This document shows positions 1-9,461 of a DNA stretch of 64,000 nucleotides, piece after piece; positions within the stretch are counted from its first letter, which is position 1; every line of letters starts with the position of its first letter. The translations under genes and the position numbers were made by a program. This DNA is from a virus: positions 1,601 through 65,600 of the IMG/VR virus record IMGVR_UViG_3300043179_000057; one strand, given 5' to 3'. A model generated the notes under the pieces. That model was given only the letters and a program-made list of their open reading frames with translations. It searched no databases and was not told where the DNA came from.

Positions 1-1
1 C

Positions 2-1132
2 AACGAGCGGGAGACCCAGCGATGCGTCATGGAGGCGCCGGTCTTCGTGCTCTACCACGGCCGGCTGGCGGACGTGCCCACGGCCGAGGCGGTGGTGCGC
101 AAGGTGGCCGACGCCTGGACCCAGGAGCGGGGGCCTAGGAGCGTGGTGGTGGTGGCCACCGAGTTCGGCGAGCAGGTTCAGGCCATGTTCGCGGCCAACT
201 TCAGGCACCCCCGGACGGTGCGGCCCTTCCCCCTGGTCGCCCCCGGGGGGCTGGCCCAGAACGCCCAGCGGGCGTTCCTGGACGACCTGGCGGCGTTCGT
301 GGACGCCGAGGTGTACGACCCCCTCACCAAGCCCCTCGACCAGGCCGACCTGGAGGGCATGGGGGCCGAGGTGGTGGGGGAGAGGGAGGTCCCGGACGAC
401 CAGTCCGGGGAGGTCCGGCTGGCGCCGGTCTACCGGGCCCGGGTGAGGTCCTTCGAGGCCTCGCGGTTTCGGTCGAGCGTGATCGGGTTCGCGAACGAGG
501 ACGCCGTCGTCCTGCGGGTGGACGAGCTGAGGGCGGCCCTGCCCCAGGCGGCCAGCCGCTACGACGAGGAGTCCCTGCGCGAGCGGATGGCCAAGCTCTC
601 GTGCGGCATCGCGCGCCTGCGCATCTTCGGCCCGTCCAACGGCGAGACCAAGGAGAAGCGGGACCGGGCGGAGGACGCGGTGTGCGCCGTCCGGGGGGCC
701 CTCAAGCACGGGTGCCTGTACGGGGGCGGCTGGGCGCTGCTGCGGGCGTGCCGCGCCCTGGGGCCGTGCAGCGGACCGGTGGAGGACGTACTCAAGCCGG
801 CCCTGCTGGAGCCGGTCCGGAGGCTGCTGGAGAACGCCGGGTTCACCGACACCGAGCAGGTCCTGGACCCCGTCCTGAAGGCGCTGGAGTCCGACAGGCC
901 CGTCGTGTTCGACGCCATGCACGGGCGGCACGTGGATCCGCGGGAGGCCGGCCTGATGGACAGCCTGCCGGCGGTCCTGGAGGCGGTGCGCAGCTCCATC
1001 TCCATCGCCACCCTGCTCGGGACCCTGGGCGGCGCCGTGGTCTACGCCCGGGACAGGGAGCTGGAGCGCCGGGAGGCCTCCGACACGAGCCGGTTCATGA
1101 GGTCCGTGGCGGGCCAGGCGGAGGAGGGGTGA
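2..1132 (+). CDS. groEL: GroEL-like chaperonin, 5'-truncated by the window edge
   Basis: Frame is open from position 2. EKRDRAEDAVCAVRGALKHGCLYGGGWALLR matches the GroEL EKKxRVEDAL..GGG motif; GLMDSLPAVLEAVRSSISIATLL matches the C-terminal GIIDP.KV motif. Confidence 0.88.
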   Translation, partial: NERETQRCVMEAPVFVLYHGRLADVPTAEAVVRKVADAWTQERGPRSVVVVATEFGEQVQAMFAANFRHPRTVRPFPLVAPGGLAQNAQRAFLDDLAAFVDAEVYDPLTKPLDQADLEGMGAEVVGEREVPDDQSGEVRLAPVYRARVRSFEASRFRSSVIGFANEDAVVLRVDELRAALPQAASRYDEESLRERMAKLSCGIARLRIFGPSNGETKEKRDRAEDAVCAVRGALKHGCLYGGGWALLRACRALGPCSGPVEDVLKPALLEPVRRLLENAGFTDTEQVLDPVLKALESDRPVVFDAMHGRHVDPREAGLMDSLPAVLEAVRSSISIATLLGTLGGAVVYARDRELERREASDTSRFMRSVAGQAEEG

Positions 1133-1350
1133 GCGTCTTCGACCCCGTCAGGGGCCCGTGCGCGTGCTGCGGCCGGCGGCCGGCCACCGTGTGGTGGACC
1201 GGGTCGGAGGGGGTCGTGGCCGCGGTGCACGGCGGGGCCGCGCCCTGGTGCATGGTCTGCGCCCTGAAGGCCCGGCTCCGGTTCGCCCGCGAGGTGTCGG
1301 CTTCCATTCCCAGGCTGGAGGCGGAGCTGGCGAGGCTGGAGGCGAACTGA
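1129..1350 (+). CDS. Small Cys-rich hypothetical protein (CxCC...CxxC)
   Basis: GTG start overlaps the groEL TGA (GTGA); 73 aa. Confidence 0.6.
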   Translation: MSVFDPVRGPCACCGRRPATVWWTGSEGVVAAVHGGAAPWCMVCALKARLRFAREVSASIPRLEAELARLEAN

Positions 1351-1351
1351 C

Positions 1352-1552
1352 ATGGCGAAACAGGACGATGACAGGACGAGGAAGGCGACGGACGGGGTCG
1401 CGGTCGTGGGGGTAGAAGATGGGAGCGTCTTCATCTTCGCCGCCGCCAAGCTGGACGAGATCGCGGCCGCCGCAAGGGATGCGGGCCAGGACCGGGTCGC
1501 CGTGTTCGTTAGGCGCGGCCCGGGCGTGGACGACCCCGCGATCAACAACTAG
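1352..1552 (+). CDS. Hypothetical protein, 66 aa
   Basis: Fills the gap between co-directional genes; ATG start. Confidence 0.6.
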   Translation: MAKQDDDRTRKATDGVAVVGVEDGSVFIFAAAKLDEIAAAARDAGQDRVAVFVRRGPGVDDPAINN

Positions 1553-1555
1553 GCC

Positions 1556-1816
1556 GTGCCCACCTTCCGCTTCAGGTGCCTCGAAGCCGCCTGCGGCGCC
1601 AGGGGGAGGCGCCTCCTTGAGGCCGGCGGCCTCGGGTCCGTCCGGTGCCCGTCCTGCGGCGGCCCGGTCGCCCGAGAAGACCCGGGGGCCCCGCACGCGA
1701 CCCCGGTCGAGGTCCTGGACAACGGCGTGATGGCGCGCTCGGTCGAGAGGCGGGCCGACATCGAGGAGCTGCTGGAGGAGCGGGAGAGGGCGCACGAGGG
1801 CGGGGGGGACCGGTGA
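1556..1816 (+). CDS. FmdB-like zinc-ribbon protein
   Basis: MPTFRFRCLEAACG...CPSCGG resembles the FmdB MPxYxYxC..CG...CPxCG pattern. Confidence 0.65.
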   Translation: MPTFRFRCLEAACGARGRRLLEAGGLGSVRCPSCGGPVAREDPGAPHATPVEVLDNGVMARSVERRADIEELLEERERAHEGGGDR

Positions 1817-3876
1817 GGCTGTCCCTGCGCGGCTTCGGCCCGTTCAAGGGGGGGTCGGACCTAGAACTCCCGGACCGCGGCATGGTCCTCCTGCGGGGCC
1901 GCAACCTGTCCACCGGGGGCGGCAGCGGCGCCGGCAAGTCGGCCCTGGGGGCGTCCATCGCCTACGCCCTCGGGTACTGCCCGGTCCCGGCCTCCCGGTT
2001 GCAGAACTGGTCCGACGGATCGCCCCCGCTCAGGGTGTCCCTCGCGGTCCCGGGCAGGTCCGGGGACGTCGAGGTCGTGCGGTCCGCCGGCCAGCTCTCC
2101 GTGACCGCCATGGGGCAGACGGTGGAGGGGGCCAGGCCGGCCGCCGAGCACCTGGCAAGGGCCATCGGGCTCCCCCCGTCCCTGCTCGGGGTCCTGGCGT
2201 ACCGGCCCCAGGGCGAGCAGGGGGTGTTCCTGTCCATGTCGGACGAGGAGAAGAAGTCGTTCATGTCCGACCTGCTCGGGCTCGCCCCCCTGGAGGCGGC
2301 CGCGGCCGCCGCCGCGGAGGCCGCCGACCGGCTGGGGAAGGCCGAGGCGGAGGCGCTCGCCGCCGCCGAGATAGCCGAGGCCCTGGCCGGCCGTGAGCCC
2401 GAGGGTCTCGGGGTGGACGTCTCTCGGTCTAGGCTGGCGGAGCTGGAGGCCCTGGACGCGACCCTGCGCGGAGAGCTGGAGGCAGCTAGGCAGGGCCTGG
2501 AGGCCGCGGCGGAGGAGGCGGACGAGCGGCTGGCGGTCGTCCTCGCCCCGCTGCGGGAGGCGGCCGCCGCCGCCGAGCGACAGCTCTCGGCCGTCCGGTC
2601 CAAGGAGGCGTCCTTCGAGGACCCCCAGGCCGCCGCCCAGCTCAGGGAGTGCCGGGACAGGAGGGGGCGCCTTGAGGCCGAGGACGCAGCGCGCCAGCGA
2701 GTCCACGCAAACGTCCGGGCGAACATGGTCAAGCTGCACTACGTCGCCACCCACGCGAAGACCCGGGAGGTGCCGCGCCTGGAGGCAGAGCTGGCGGCAG
2801 TCCGGGGGCAGATGGCGCTCCTGTGTAAGAAGGAGTGCCCGACCTGCCTGCGCGCCTGGGACGACACCGCCCCGGCCGTCGAGCGCCTGGCGGCGGAGGA
2901 GGGGCTGATCGCGGCCCAGCTGGAGGCGGCCCGGAGCGCCGCCGAGTCCGTCACGGACCTGGAGCGGTGGGACCTGTCCAACCCGTGGGAGCCCGACCCG
3001 AAGGTGGCGGCCTTCCTCGAACTGGAGCGTCAACTAGAGACCGGTCTAGCCGCGTCCAGGGCCAGGGTTCGCGCGGAGGCCCTGGCGGAGGAGGGGCGCC
3101 TGGAGGCGGAGCTGCGGTCGCTGGAGCAGTCGGCCCAGCTCGCCCGGATGGCGTCCGCGCAGTACCCCAGGAGGGCGGAGCTGGAGGCGGCGCGCGACAC
3201 GGCCAGGGTCAGGTGCGCCGCCAGCTCCGAGTCGCTGGCGGCGGCCAGGAGGGAGCTGGCGGCGGCCGAGGAGAGGTCCCGGAGGGCGGAGGAGGTACGG
3301 GAGGAGGCCCGGCGTCTACGGGACGCGCACCGGGCCGCCAAGGCCGCCGCCGCCGCCGAGCGAGACTTCTCGGACCTGGTGGGCAGGAGGGGGTTCCTCG
3401 GAGCCATCTTCGACGAGGCCCTGCTGGAGGTGGCGGACGACGCCAACCGCATCCTGGCCTCGGTGGCGAACGTGCGGCACCTGTCGGTCTCGTTCAGGTC
3501 GGAGGTCGCGACCAAGAGGGGCGAGGCCAGGCGCTCCATAGCGATGGCGGTCCGGGTCGGCGGGCAGGAGCTGGTCGGGGCCGAGGTGCGCCACGGGATC
3601 TCCGGCGGGCAGCTCAGCGCCGTCCGCCTGGCGGTGGACCTGGCCCTGCTGTCGGTGGTCGAGCGGCGGACCGGTCTGCGGGTGGGGTGGCTGGTCCTGG
3701 ACGAGGCCTTCGACGGCCTAGGCGTGGTGGAGAAGGAGACCTGCCTGGAGGTCCTCCGGGGGGTGTCGTCCGACCGGCTGGTGCTGGTCGTGGACCACAG
3801 CAGCGAGATGGGCGAGCTGTTCTCTCGCGAGGTCGTGGTCGAGCACCGGGACGGCGAGTCCTGGATAGCGTCTTGA
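1813..3876 (+). CDS. sbcC: Rad50/SbcC/gp46-like SMC-family ATPase
   Basis: Walker A GSGAGKS, long coiled coil with central zinc-hook CPTC, signature ISGGQ, Walker B LVLDEAFDGL, H-loop VVDHS. True start is GTG 1813, overlapping the upstream TGA. Confidence 0.9.
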   Translation: MRLSLRGFGPFKGGSDLELPDRGMVLLRGRNLSTGGGSGAGKSALGASIAYALGYCPVPASRLQNWSDGSPPLRVSLAVPGRSGDVEVVRSAGQLSVTAMGQTVEGARPAAEHLARAIGLPPSLLGVLAYRPQGEQGVFLSMSDEEKKSFMSDLLGLAPLEAAAAAAAEAADRLGKAEAEALAAAEIAEALAGREPEGLGVDVSRSRLAELEALDATLRGELEAARQGLEAAAEEADERLAVVLAPLREAAAAAERQLSAVRSKEASFEDPQAAAQLRECRDRRGRLEAEDAARQRVHANVRANMVKLHYVATHAKTREVPRLEAELAAVRGQMALLCKKECPTCLRAWDDTAPAVERLAAEEGLIAAQLEAARSAAESVTDLERWDLSNPWEPDPKVAAFLELERQLETGLAASRARVRAEALAEEGRLEAELRSLEQSAQLARMASAQYPRRAELEAARDTARVRCAASSESLAAARRELAAAEERSRRAEEVREEARRLRDAHRAAKAAAAAERDFSDLVGRRGFLGAIFDEALLEVADDANRILASVANVRHLSVSFRSEVATKRGEARRSIAMAVRVGGQELVGAEVRHGISGGQLSAVRLAVDLALLSVVERRTGLRVGWLVLDEAFDGLGVVEKETCLEVLRGVSSDRLVLVVDHSSEMGELFSREVVVEHRDGESWIAS

Positions 3877-3902
3877 CCTAGGAGCGGCTCGTGGTGTAGC
3901 TT
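3873..3902 (+). promoter_or_regulatory. Putative sigma70 promoter, leaderless
   Basis: TTGACC-18nt-TAGCTT; ATG 3909 follows the -10 by 6 nt, with no RBS. Confidence 0.55.
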
Positions 3903-3908
3903 GTGCCC

Positions 3909-4160
3909 ATGCCGCTCACCGCGCGCGACCTGTCCGACCTGACGTCGATGGCCATCGACGAGTTCAAGGCGCTCCCGGTGGGGTTCAGGCTCCAGGGCAT
4001 GGACAGGCCGGCCACGGCGGAGGAGATGACCAAGATAGCCATCTTCCTCGCCTCGGCCAGGATCATGGGCCGGCTCAAGCTCCTCACCGGGGACGTGTCG
4101 AACGACGACCTGGTGGGGGTCGGGCGCCCGGACTTCTCTTCGGTGTTCGAGGGGTCTTGA
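3909..4160 (+). CDS. Hypothetical protein
   Basis: ATG 3909 downstream of the promoter; ORF track 3903..4160. Confidence 0.65.
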   Translation: MPLTARDLSDLTSMAIDEFKALPVGFRLQGMDRPATAEEMTKIAIFLASARIMGRLKLLTGDVSNDDLVGVGRPDFSSVFEGS

Positions 4161-4201
4161 CGGTTTCTTAAGACGAAGGGTCGGCAAACACGGAGGTCAC
4201 G

Positions 4202-4498
4202 ATGGCGAAGAAGGGGTTCAAGCCCAAGAAGGGCAAGTACGACGGGCTGGCCGAGGAGTTCAAGGCCAAGGTCCAGGCGGCGGACGAGGAGGGCATCCGG
4301 AAGATCATCTCGGAGGTCGCTCTGACCCACCAGGCGGTCCAGGAGGCCAAGGAGTCGGACACCGACTACCAGGAGGCCAAGGAGCGCCTGCAGAGCGCGG
4401 GGGAGCTGTACCGCGCCAACGCCAAGGAGACGCAGCTCCGCATCTCCTTCTGCCGAGACGAGTTGACGGGCCGCGGCAAGCAGGTCCCGACGGCGTGA
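4202..4498 (+). CDS. Small coiled-coil protein, possibly DNA-binding
   Basis: RBS GGAGG at about 4192; basic N-terminus and helical charged sequence. Confidence 0.65.
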   Translation: MAKKGFKPKKGKYDGLAEEFKAKVQAADEEGIRKIISEVALTHQAVQEAKESDTDYQEAKERLQSAGELYRANAKETQLRISFCRDELTGRGKQVPTA

Positions 4499-5136
4499 CC
4501 AAGAACCAGGACACGGTCCTGGTCCTGGACGTCAGCACGACCAGGACCGGATGGTGCCTGATGAGGGGTCGATCCGCCCGGGGCCCCGACGCCCCGACGC
4601 CGGAGCTGCTCCTCTACGGCACCGCCGAGAGGACCATCGGGACGCTGGACTCCCCCTACCCGGCCGGGTACCTTCTGGCGGCCGAGGCGATGGCCTACCA
4701 GGTCTTCTGCCTCGTCCGGCAGCACAAGCCGGACTACGTGGTCATCGAGGAGACCAACCAGGGGCGTAGCCGCTTCACCCAGAAGCTCCTTGAGTTCACT
4801 CACTGCATCCTCCTCCAGATGATCATGAAGGGCCTGGGGGCCCGGGTCCACTACGTCTCGACCAAGGACTGGCGGGACTCGCTGTCCGTGCGCCTCACGA
4901 AGGACGACAAGAGGCAGAACGCGCGCCTGAGCAGAGCCAAGAGGGCCGGGAAGAAGCTGGAGGGCGTGCGCGGCCGGATCAAGGCCAAGCGCGTCGCCGT
5001 AAGGTGGGCGAACGACGCCTTCGCCGGCCAGCTCGCAGCCCCGCTCATCCAGAAGGACAACGACGTGGCCGAGGCCCTGTGTCTCGGCACCGCGTGGTTC
5101 CGAGGCGTAGACACATCCAACGGGACCGGCTGGTAA
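4495..5136 (+). CDS. ruvC: RuvC-like Holliday junction resolvase
   Basis: LVLDVSTTRTGWC (first catalytic Asp), VVIEE, C-terminal DNDVAEALCLG. Confidence 0.8.
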   Translation: MTKNQDTVLVLDVSTTRTGWCLMRGRSARGPDAPTPELLLYGTAERTIGTLDSPYPAGYLLAAEAMAYQVFCLVRQHKPDYVVIEETNQGRSRFTQKLLEFTHCILLQMIMKGLGARVHYVSTKDWRDSLSVRLTKDDKRQNARLSRAKRAGKKLEGVRGRIKAKRVAVRWANDAFAGQLAAPLIQKDNDVAEALCLGTAWFRGVDTSNGTGW

Positions 5137-5173
5137 TCTGGCCAGATGGTCCCGCCGATCCAGGAGAGCTAGA

Positions 5174-6826
5174 ATGACCACAGACGCTACCGCTATGTCT
5201 TCGTTCGCCCGCGAGGTCTTCGAGCTGCGCTACGCGCACGACGTGGGCCAGCGCAAGGAGACTTGGGAGGAGGCGGCGGAGCGGGTGGTGCCCACCGTGT
5301 TCAAGGCGGTGGATGCCCCGAAGGCCCTGGTGAGGGAGTGCGTGCAGATGGTAGTCGAGAGGAAGTTCATCCCGGGCGGCCGGTACCTCTACGCAACCGG
5401 ACGACCGTACCACCAGACGCAGAACTGCCTCCTCCTCCGCGCGGACGACAGCCGCGAGGGGTGGTCGTCCCTCATGCAGAAGGCGACGCAGGCGCTCATG
5501 ACGGGGGCCGGCATCGGCGTCGTCTACAGCGACCTCCGGGCGAAGGGCAAGCCGATACGCAAGACCGGCGGGGTGGCGTCCGGACCCTGCGCCCTGATGC
5601 AGATGGTCAACGAGGCGGGCCGGTTCGTCCGCCAGGGGGGCGCCAGGAGGAGCGCCATCTGGGCCGGCCTGCACTGGAACCACCCGGACATCCTAGACTT
5701 CGTCAAGATCAAGGACTGGCCGGAAGAGATCAAGGCCCTGAAGGACAAGAGCGTGGAGCACCCCGCCCCGATGGACGGCACCAACGTCAGCGTGATCCTG
5801 GACGACGCCTTCTTCAGGGCCATCGAGAACGAGGACCATCGAGACCACGAGCTGGCCAAGAAGGTATACTGGGCCACCGTGAAGCAGATGCTGAGGACGG
5901 CCGAGCCCGGGTTCAGCATCGACGTCGGGAAGAACCGCGGGGAGAGCCTGCGGAACGCCTGCACCGAGATAACCTCGCATGACGACTCCGACATCTGCAA
6001 CCTCGGCTCGGTGAACCTGGCCAGGATAGGGTCCCTGGAGGAGATGGCGCGGGTGGTCGAGGTGGGGGTCGCCTTCCTGCTGGCCGGGACCGTCTACTCG
6101 GACGTCCCCTACCAGGACGTGGACCGCGTGCGGACCAAGAACCGCCGCCTGGGCCTCGGGATGATGGGCATCCACGAGTGGCTGCTGACCCACGGTAAGA
6201 AGTACGGCCCCGACCCGGACCTGGAGCAGTACCTCAAGGTCTACTCCGGGAGCGGAGACCACGCCAACCGGTGGGCGGACGAGTGGGAGCTGAGCAGGCC
6301 GGTGAAGACCCGCGCCATCGCCCCCAACGGGACCATCGGCATCGTCTCCGAGACCACCACCGGCATCGAGCCCGTGTTCTGCGTCGCGTACAAGCGCCGG
6401 TACTACAAGAACGACGCGGTGAACTACCAGTACGTGGTGGACCCCACCGCAAAGAGGCTGATCGAGGGCGGGACGGCGCCGGAGGCGGTGGAGGACGCCT
6501 ACACCCTCGCCGAGGACGTGGAGCGGCGCGTCGCCTTCCAGGTGTGGGTCCAGGGGTACGTGGACCACGCCATCAGCTCGACCATCAACCTCCCGGCCTG
6601 GGGTTCCGAGCTGAACAACGAGCACCGGGTCCGCGGGTTCGGGAACATGCTCCTGAGGCACCTGCCGAGCCTGCGCGGGATTACCTGCTACCCGGACGGG
6701 GCCCGCGGGGGGCAGCCGCTCACCCCGGTCAAGTACGAGACGGCCATGGGCCACGTCGGCAAGGTCTTCGTGGAGCAGGCTGACGCCTGCGACATCACCA
6801 AGGGGACCGGGTCTTGCGGCTCGTAG
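5174..6826 (+). CDS. nrdJ: Class II (adenosylcobalamin-dependent) ribonucleotide reductase
   Basis: QNCLLL, NACTEI (catalytic NxCxE), CNLGS, RRLGLG, AIAPNGT, SSTINLP. GITCYPDG lacks the class I YY pair; C-terminal Cys pair CDITKGTGSC; no beta-subunit gene adjacent. Confidence 0.88.
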   Translation: MTTDATAMSSFAREVFELRYAHDVGQRKETWEEAAERVVPTVFKAVDAPKALVRECVQMVVERKFIPGGRYLYATGRPYHQTQNCLLLRADDSREGWSSLMQKATQALMTGAGIGVVYSDLRAKGKPIRKTGGVASGPCALMQMVNEAGRFVRQGGARRSAIWAGLHWNHPDILDFVKIKDWPEEIKALKDKSVEHPAPMDGTNVSVILDDAFFRAIENEDHRDHELAKKVYWATVKQMLRTAEPGFSIDVGKNRGESLRNACTEITSHDDSDICNLGSVNLARIGSLEEMARVVEVGVAFLLAGTVYSDVPYQDVDRVRTKNRRLGLGMMGIHEWLLTHGKKYGPDPDLEQYLKVYSGSGDHANRWADEWELSRPVKTRAIAPNGTIGIVSETTTGIEPVFCVAYKRRYYKNDAVNYQYVVDPTAKRLIEGGTAPEAVEDAYTLAEDVERRVAFQVWVQGYVDHAISSTINLPAWGSELNNEHRVRGFGNMLLRHLPSLRGITCYPDGARGGQPLTPVKYETAMGHVGKVFVEQADACDITKGTGSCGS

Positions 6827-6843
6827 AGGCGGTGTGGTAGAGT
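6814..6843 (+). promoter_or_regulatory. Putative extended -10 promoter, leaderless
   Basis: TTGCGG-18nt-TAGAGT with TGG directly upstream of the -10; ATG 6850 follows by 6 nt. Confidence 0.55.
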
Positions 6844-6849
6844 TCTTGC

Positions 6850-7371
6850 ATGCCGACCGTCGATAGCGAGCTTACCGACGTTGACCGCCGCCTGGAGGTC
6901 GCTGAGAGGTACCGCTCCCTGCTCAAGGGGAGCCTGTTCGACGAGGCCGCGGAGGACGCAGCCTCGGTCCTGGTGGACAGAGAGGTTCAGGACTTCGTCC
7001 GGAGGAGGCTAGGGGAGCTGCTCGGCATGGGCGCAGGATCCGAGCCGCCGCTCACGGACCACGAGATCAGGAGCGTGAGGGCGCTGCTGGCCGGGAGGCC
7101 GGCGCCTCCCCCTCAGGGGCCCAAGAAGAGGCCGGCGGCGGCGCCCGCCAGGGAGCCTGCCGTCACGGCTCCCCAGATAGTCCAGGAAGTGGCCCAGCCG
7201 GGCCGAGCGCCTACGCGGTCCCCGCACGCGATCCCGACCCCCACGGGCGCCCAGCTCACGGCCATCACCATGACGCAGGCGGCCGACCAGGTGGCCGAGG
7301 TAGAGGGCGGGGGCGGGATGCTGTCCAACGTCGTCGCCGCGGCCACCAAGATAGCGAACAGGAAGGAGTAG
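6850..7371 (+). CDS. Hypothetical protein with Pro/Ala-rich linker
   Basis: 173-aa ORF in the operon direction. Confidence 0.7.
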   Translation: MPTVDSELTDVDRRLEVAERYRSLLKGSLFDEAAEDAASVLVDREVQDFVRRRLGELLGMGAGSEPPLTDHEIRSVRALLAGRPAPPPQGPKKRPAAAPAREPAVTAPQIVQEVAQPGRAPTRSPHAIPTPTGAQLTAITMTQAADQVAEVEGGGGMLSNVVAAATKIANRKE

Positions 7372-7378
7372 ATCAGAG

Positions 7379-7954
7379 ATGAGCAACCCGCTTCAGAGGC
7401 AGATTTCGCACAGGCAGAAGGTCCGGAACATCGACCAGAGGGTCTCGGACCTGGAGAGGATCATGCAGGGCCTCTACGAGGCTCTCAACGCCCTCTCGAC
7501 GCGCTTCGGCGTGGTCAGAGAGACGGTGGACGCCGTCATCGACGACCTGGGACGCGAACGCGTCGTCTCTCTGGTGGCAGAGAAGCGGGTCGGACGCGCC
7601 AAGGCCAGCCTCGCGGCGATGCTTGCCGAGGGGAGCTTGGTGAAGACGAGCACCATCGGCGAGAAGTCGATCATCGTCGGGGTCGAGAAGTACAAAGACG
7701 GGGAAGGGTACTTCCAGAACACCTTCTCCACCCTCACGAAGGAGGCCCAGGGAGCCCTCCTCGGGAAGGGGCCGGGATACGTCCACCACACCGCGGAGGG
7801 CGACCTGGAGATCACCGAGGTCTACGACGTCCAGGACAAGTCCGCCGACGCACCTCCGGCTCCGGACGTCAACCCGACCGAGGCCGCCGCCGAGGCGGAC
7901 CCCTCGCCTCCGGGCGACACCAACGGGGCGGCGCCCGTCGGGGGTCAGTCCTAG
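7379..7954 (+). CDS. Coiled-coil protein with a possible GreA/GreB-like C-terminal domain
   Basis: N-terminal heptads; QGALLGKGPGYVHHTAEGDLEITEVY resembles the Gre C-terminal motif. Confidence 0.55.
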   Translation: MSNPLQRQISHRQKVRNIDQRVSDLERIMQGLYEALNALSTRFGVVRETVDAVIDDLGRERVVSLVAEKRVGRAKASLAAMLAEGSLVKTSTIGEKSIIVGVEKYKDGEGYFQNTFSTLTKEAQGALLGKGPGYVHHTAEGDLEITEVYDVQDKSADAPPAPDVNPTEAAAEADPSPPGDTNGAAPVGGQS

Positions 7955-9064
7955 ATGCCTCGGGGAGCCAACCCGGCCTTCGAGGGCCTGACCAGCCTCC
8001 TGGACGAGGCAGCGGCCGACCAGGCGAGGAGGTTCACCCATGGGCGCTCGCGCCGGCAGTACCTGGCGCTGGCGCACGAGCAGCACTTCCTCCAGGAGTT
8101 CGAGAGGATCTCGAAGGTGATCGTCGGGCGCTACAAGGCCCCCTCCCGGCGGCCTAGGCTGAACAAGAGCACGAAGAAGCACCGCATCCTGAACGTCCTG
8201 CTGTCGGACCTACATTACGGCGCTCTCCTGGACGGCAGGGAGGTGCCGATGCAGTACGGCCCGGTAGAGGAGGCCAGGCGCACCGCCAGCATCCTCGTCC
8301 AGGCCGCCGACTACAAGCGTCAGTACCGCAAGGACACGACCCTGTACGTCCACATCATCGGGGACATCATCCAGGGCAAGCTCCACGACCCCCAGGACGC
8401 GGCGCCCATCGCGGCGCAGGTCCAGGCGGCCGTCCACATCCTAGCCCAGGGCCTGATGTACCTGGCCGGGGAGTTCGCCAAGATCAAGGTGTACTGCACC
8501 CCGGGCAACCACGGGCGGGACAAGTCCCGCCACCACGACCGCGCGGTGACCCAGAAGTGGGACGCCTACGAGACGGCGGTCTACACCGCCCTCCGGCTGA
8601 TGGCGCAGACAAACCCGCGCCTCAACATGGAGGTGGTCATGCCGAGGACCCCCTACTACGACTGTCGGATATTCGACAAGCTGGCCTTCTTCACGCACGG
8701 CGACACCGTCATGAAGCCGGGCAACCCGGGCAAGTCCATCGACATCGAGTCGGTGCGTAACCAGGCCAACCGCTTCAACAAGCTGAGCAAGCTCGGCCGG
8801 CCGTACGACATGTTCGCAACCGGACACGTCCACATCGGGTCGGTGACGCAGCTCCCCGAAGGTCAGATTTTCATGACCAACGGGTGCCTCATCCCCACCG
8901 ACGCCTACGCCCTGTCGATAGGCGCTCCCGGCGTCAACTGCGGCCAGTGGATCTGGGAGTCGGTCGAGGGGTTCGTCGTGGGCGACCAGAGGTTCGTCAC
9001 GGTTGACCAGGCCACGGACCGGGACGGGCGCCTGGACGACATCATCAAGCCGTTCTCGTACTAG
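7955..9064 (+). CDS. Calcineurin-like metallophosphoesterase
   Basis: Motifs SDLH, GD, GNHG, THGD and GHVH occur in canonical order. Confidence 0.85.
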   Translation: MPRGANPAFEGLTSLLDEAAADQARRFTHGRSRRQYLALAHEQHFLQEFERISKVIVGRYKAPSRRPRLNKSTKKHRILNVLLSDLHYGALLDGREVPMQYGPVEEARRTASILVQAADYKRQYRKDTTLYVHIIGDIIQGKLHDPQDAAPIAAQVQAAVHILAQGLMYLAGEFAKIKVYCTPGNHGRDKSRHHDRAVTQKWDAYETAVYTALRLMAQTNPRLNMEVVMPRTPYYDCRIFDKLAFFTHGDTVMKPGNPGKSIDIESVRNQANRFNKLSKLGRPYDMFATGHVHIGSVTQLPEGQIFMTNGCLIPTDAYALSIGAPGVNCGQWIWESVEGFVVGDQRFVTVDQATDRDGRLDDIIKPFSY

Positions 9065-9066
9065 CC

Positions 9067-9459
9067 GTGGGACAGGGGGCGTCGGAAGTCGCCCGTCAGC
9101 TCGGCCTAGCCAGGGACGAGGTCCGCGGCGTCCAGTCGTGGCTCCAGCAGGCCGCCACCCGGAGGAGTCTGTACGCCGGAGAGCTGGCGCGTCTGGAGGC
9201 CGTTCTGGCTCTATGTGAAGACGAGGTGGTCAGGTCGCTCCAGGAGGAGGTGGTGGACATAGGACAGTACGCCGGCAAGAAGAAGGCGCTGGCCGAGACG
9301 AGGGACGAGGTCGTGTCTCAGCGCATAAACATCCACGCGCTGGACCGCGCCATCCGGCTTAAGGAGGCCCACATGAAGGTGCTCCAGGGCGAGGTCCTGC
9401 GGCTCGCCCGCCTCCTTGATTCGGCCGGCGGCTCCGTGCTACCTTGGCCCAGAGATTGA
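9067..9459 (+). CDS. Coiled-coil hypothetical protein
   Basis: 130-aa ORF with GTG start. Confidence 0.6.
   Translation: MGQGASEVARQLGLARDEVRGVQSWLQQAATRRSLYAGELARLEAVLALCEDEVVRSLQEEVVDIGQYAGKKKALAETRDEVVSQRINIHALDRAIRLKEAHMKVLQGEVLRLARLLDSAGGSVLPWPRD
9416..9445 (+). promoter_or_regulatory. Possible sigma70 promoter
   Basis: TTGATT-18nt-TACCTT with TGC directly upstream of the -10; 16 nt before ATG 9462. Confidence 0.35.
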
Positions 9460-9461
9460 CC

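Noticed and set aside
7955-9064. Calling this the SbcD/Mre11 partner of the Rad50 ATPase
   Set aside because: The motifs are generic to metallophosphoesterases and the gene is 4 kb from sbcC; a true gp47 may lie outside the window.
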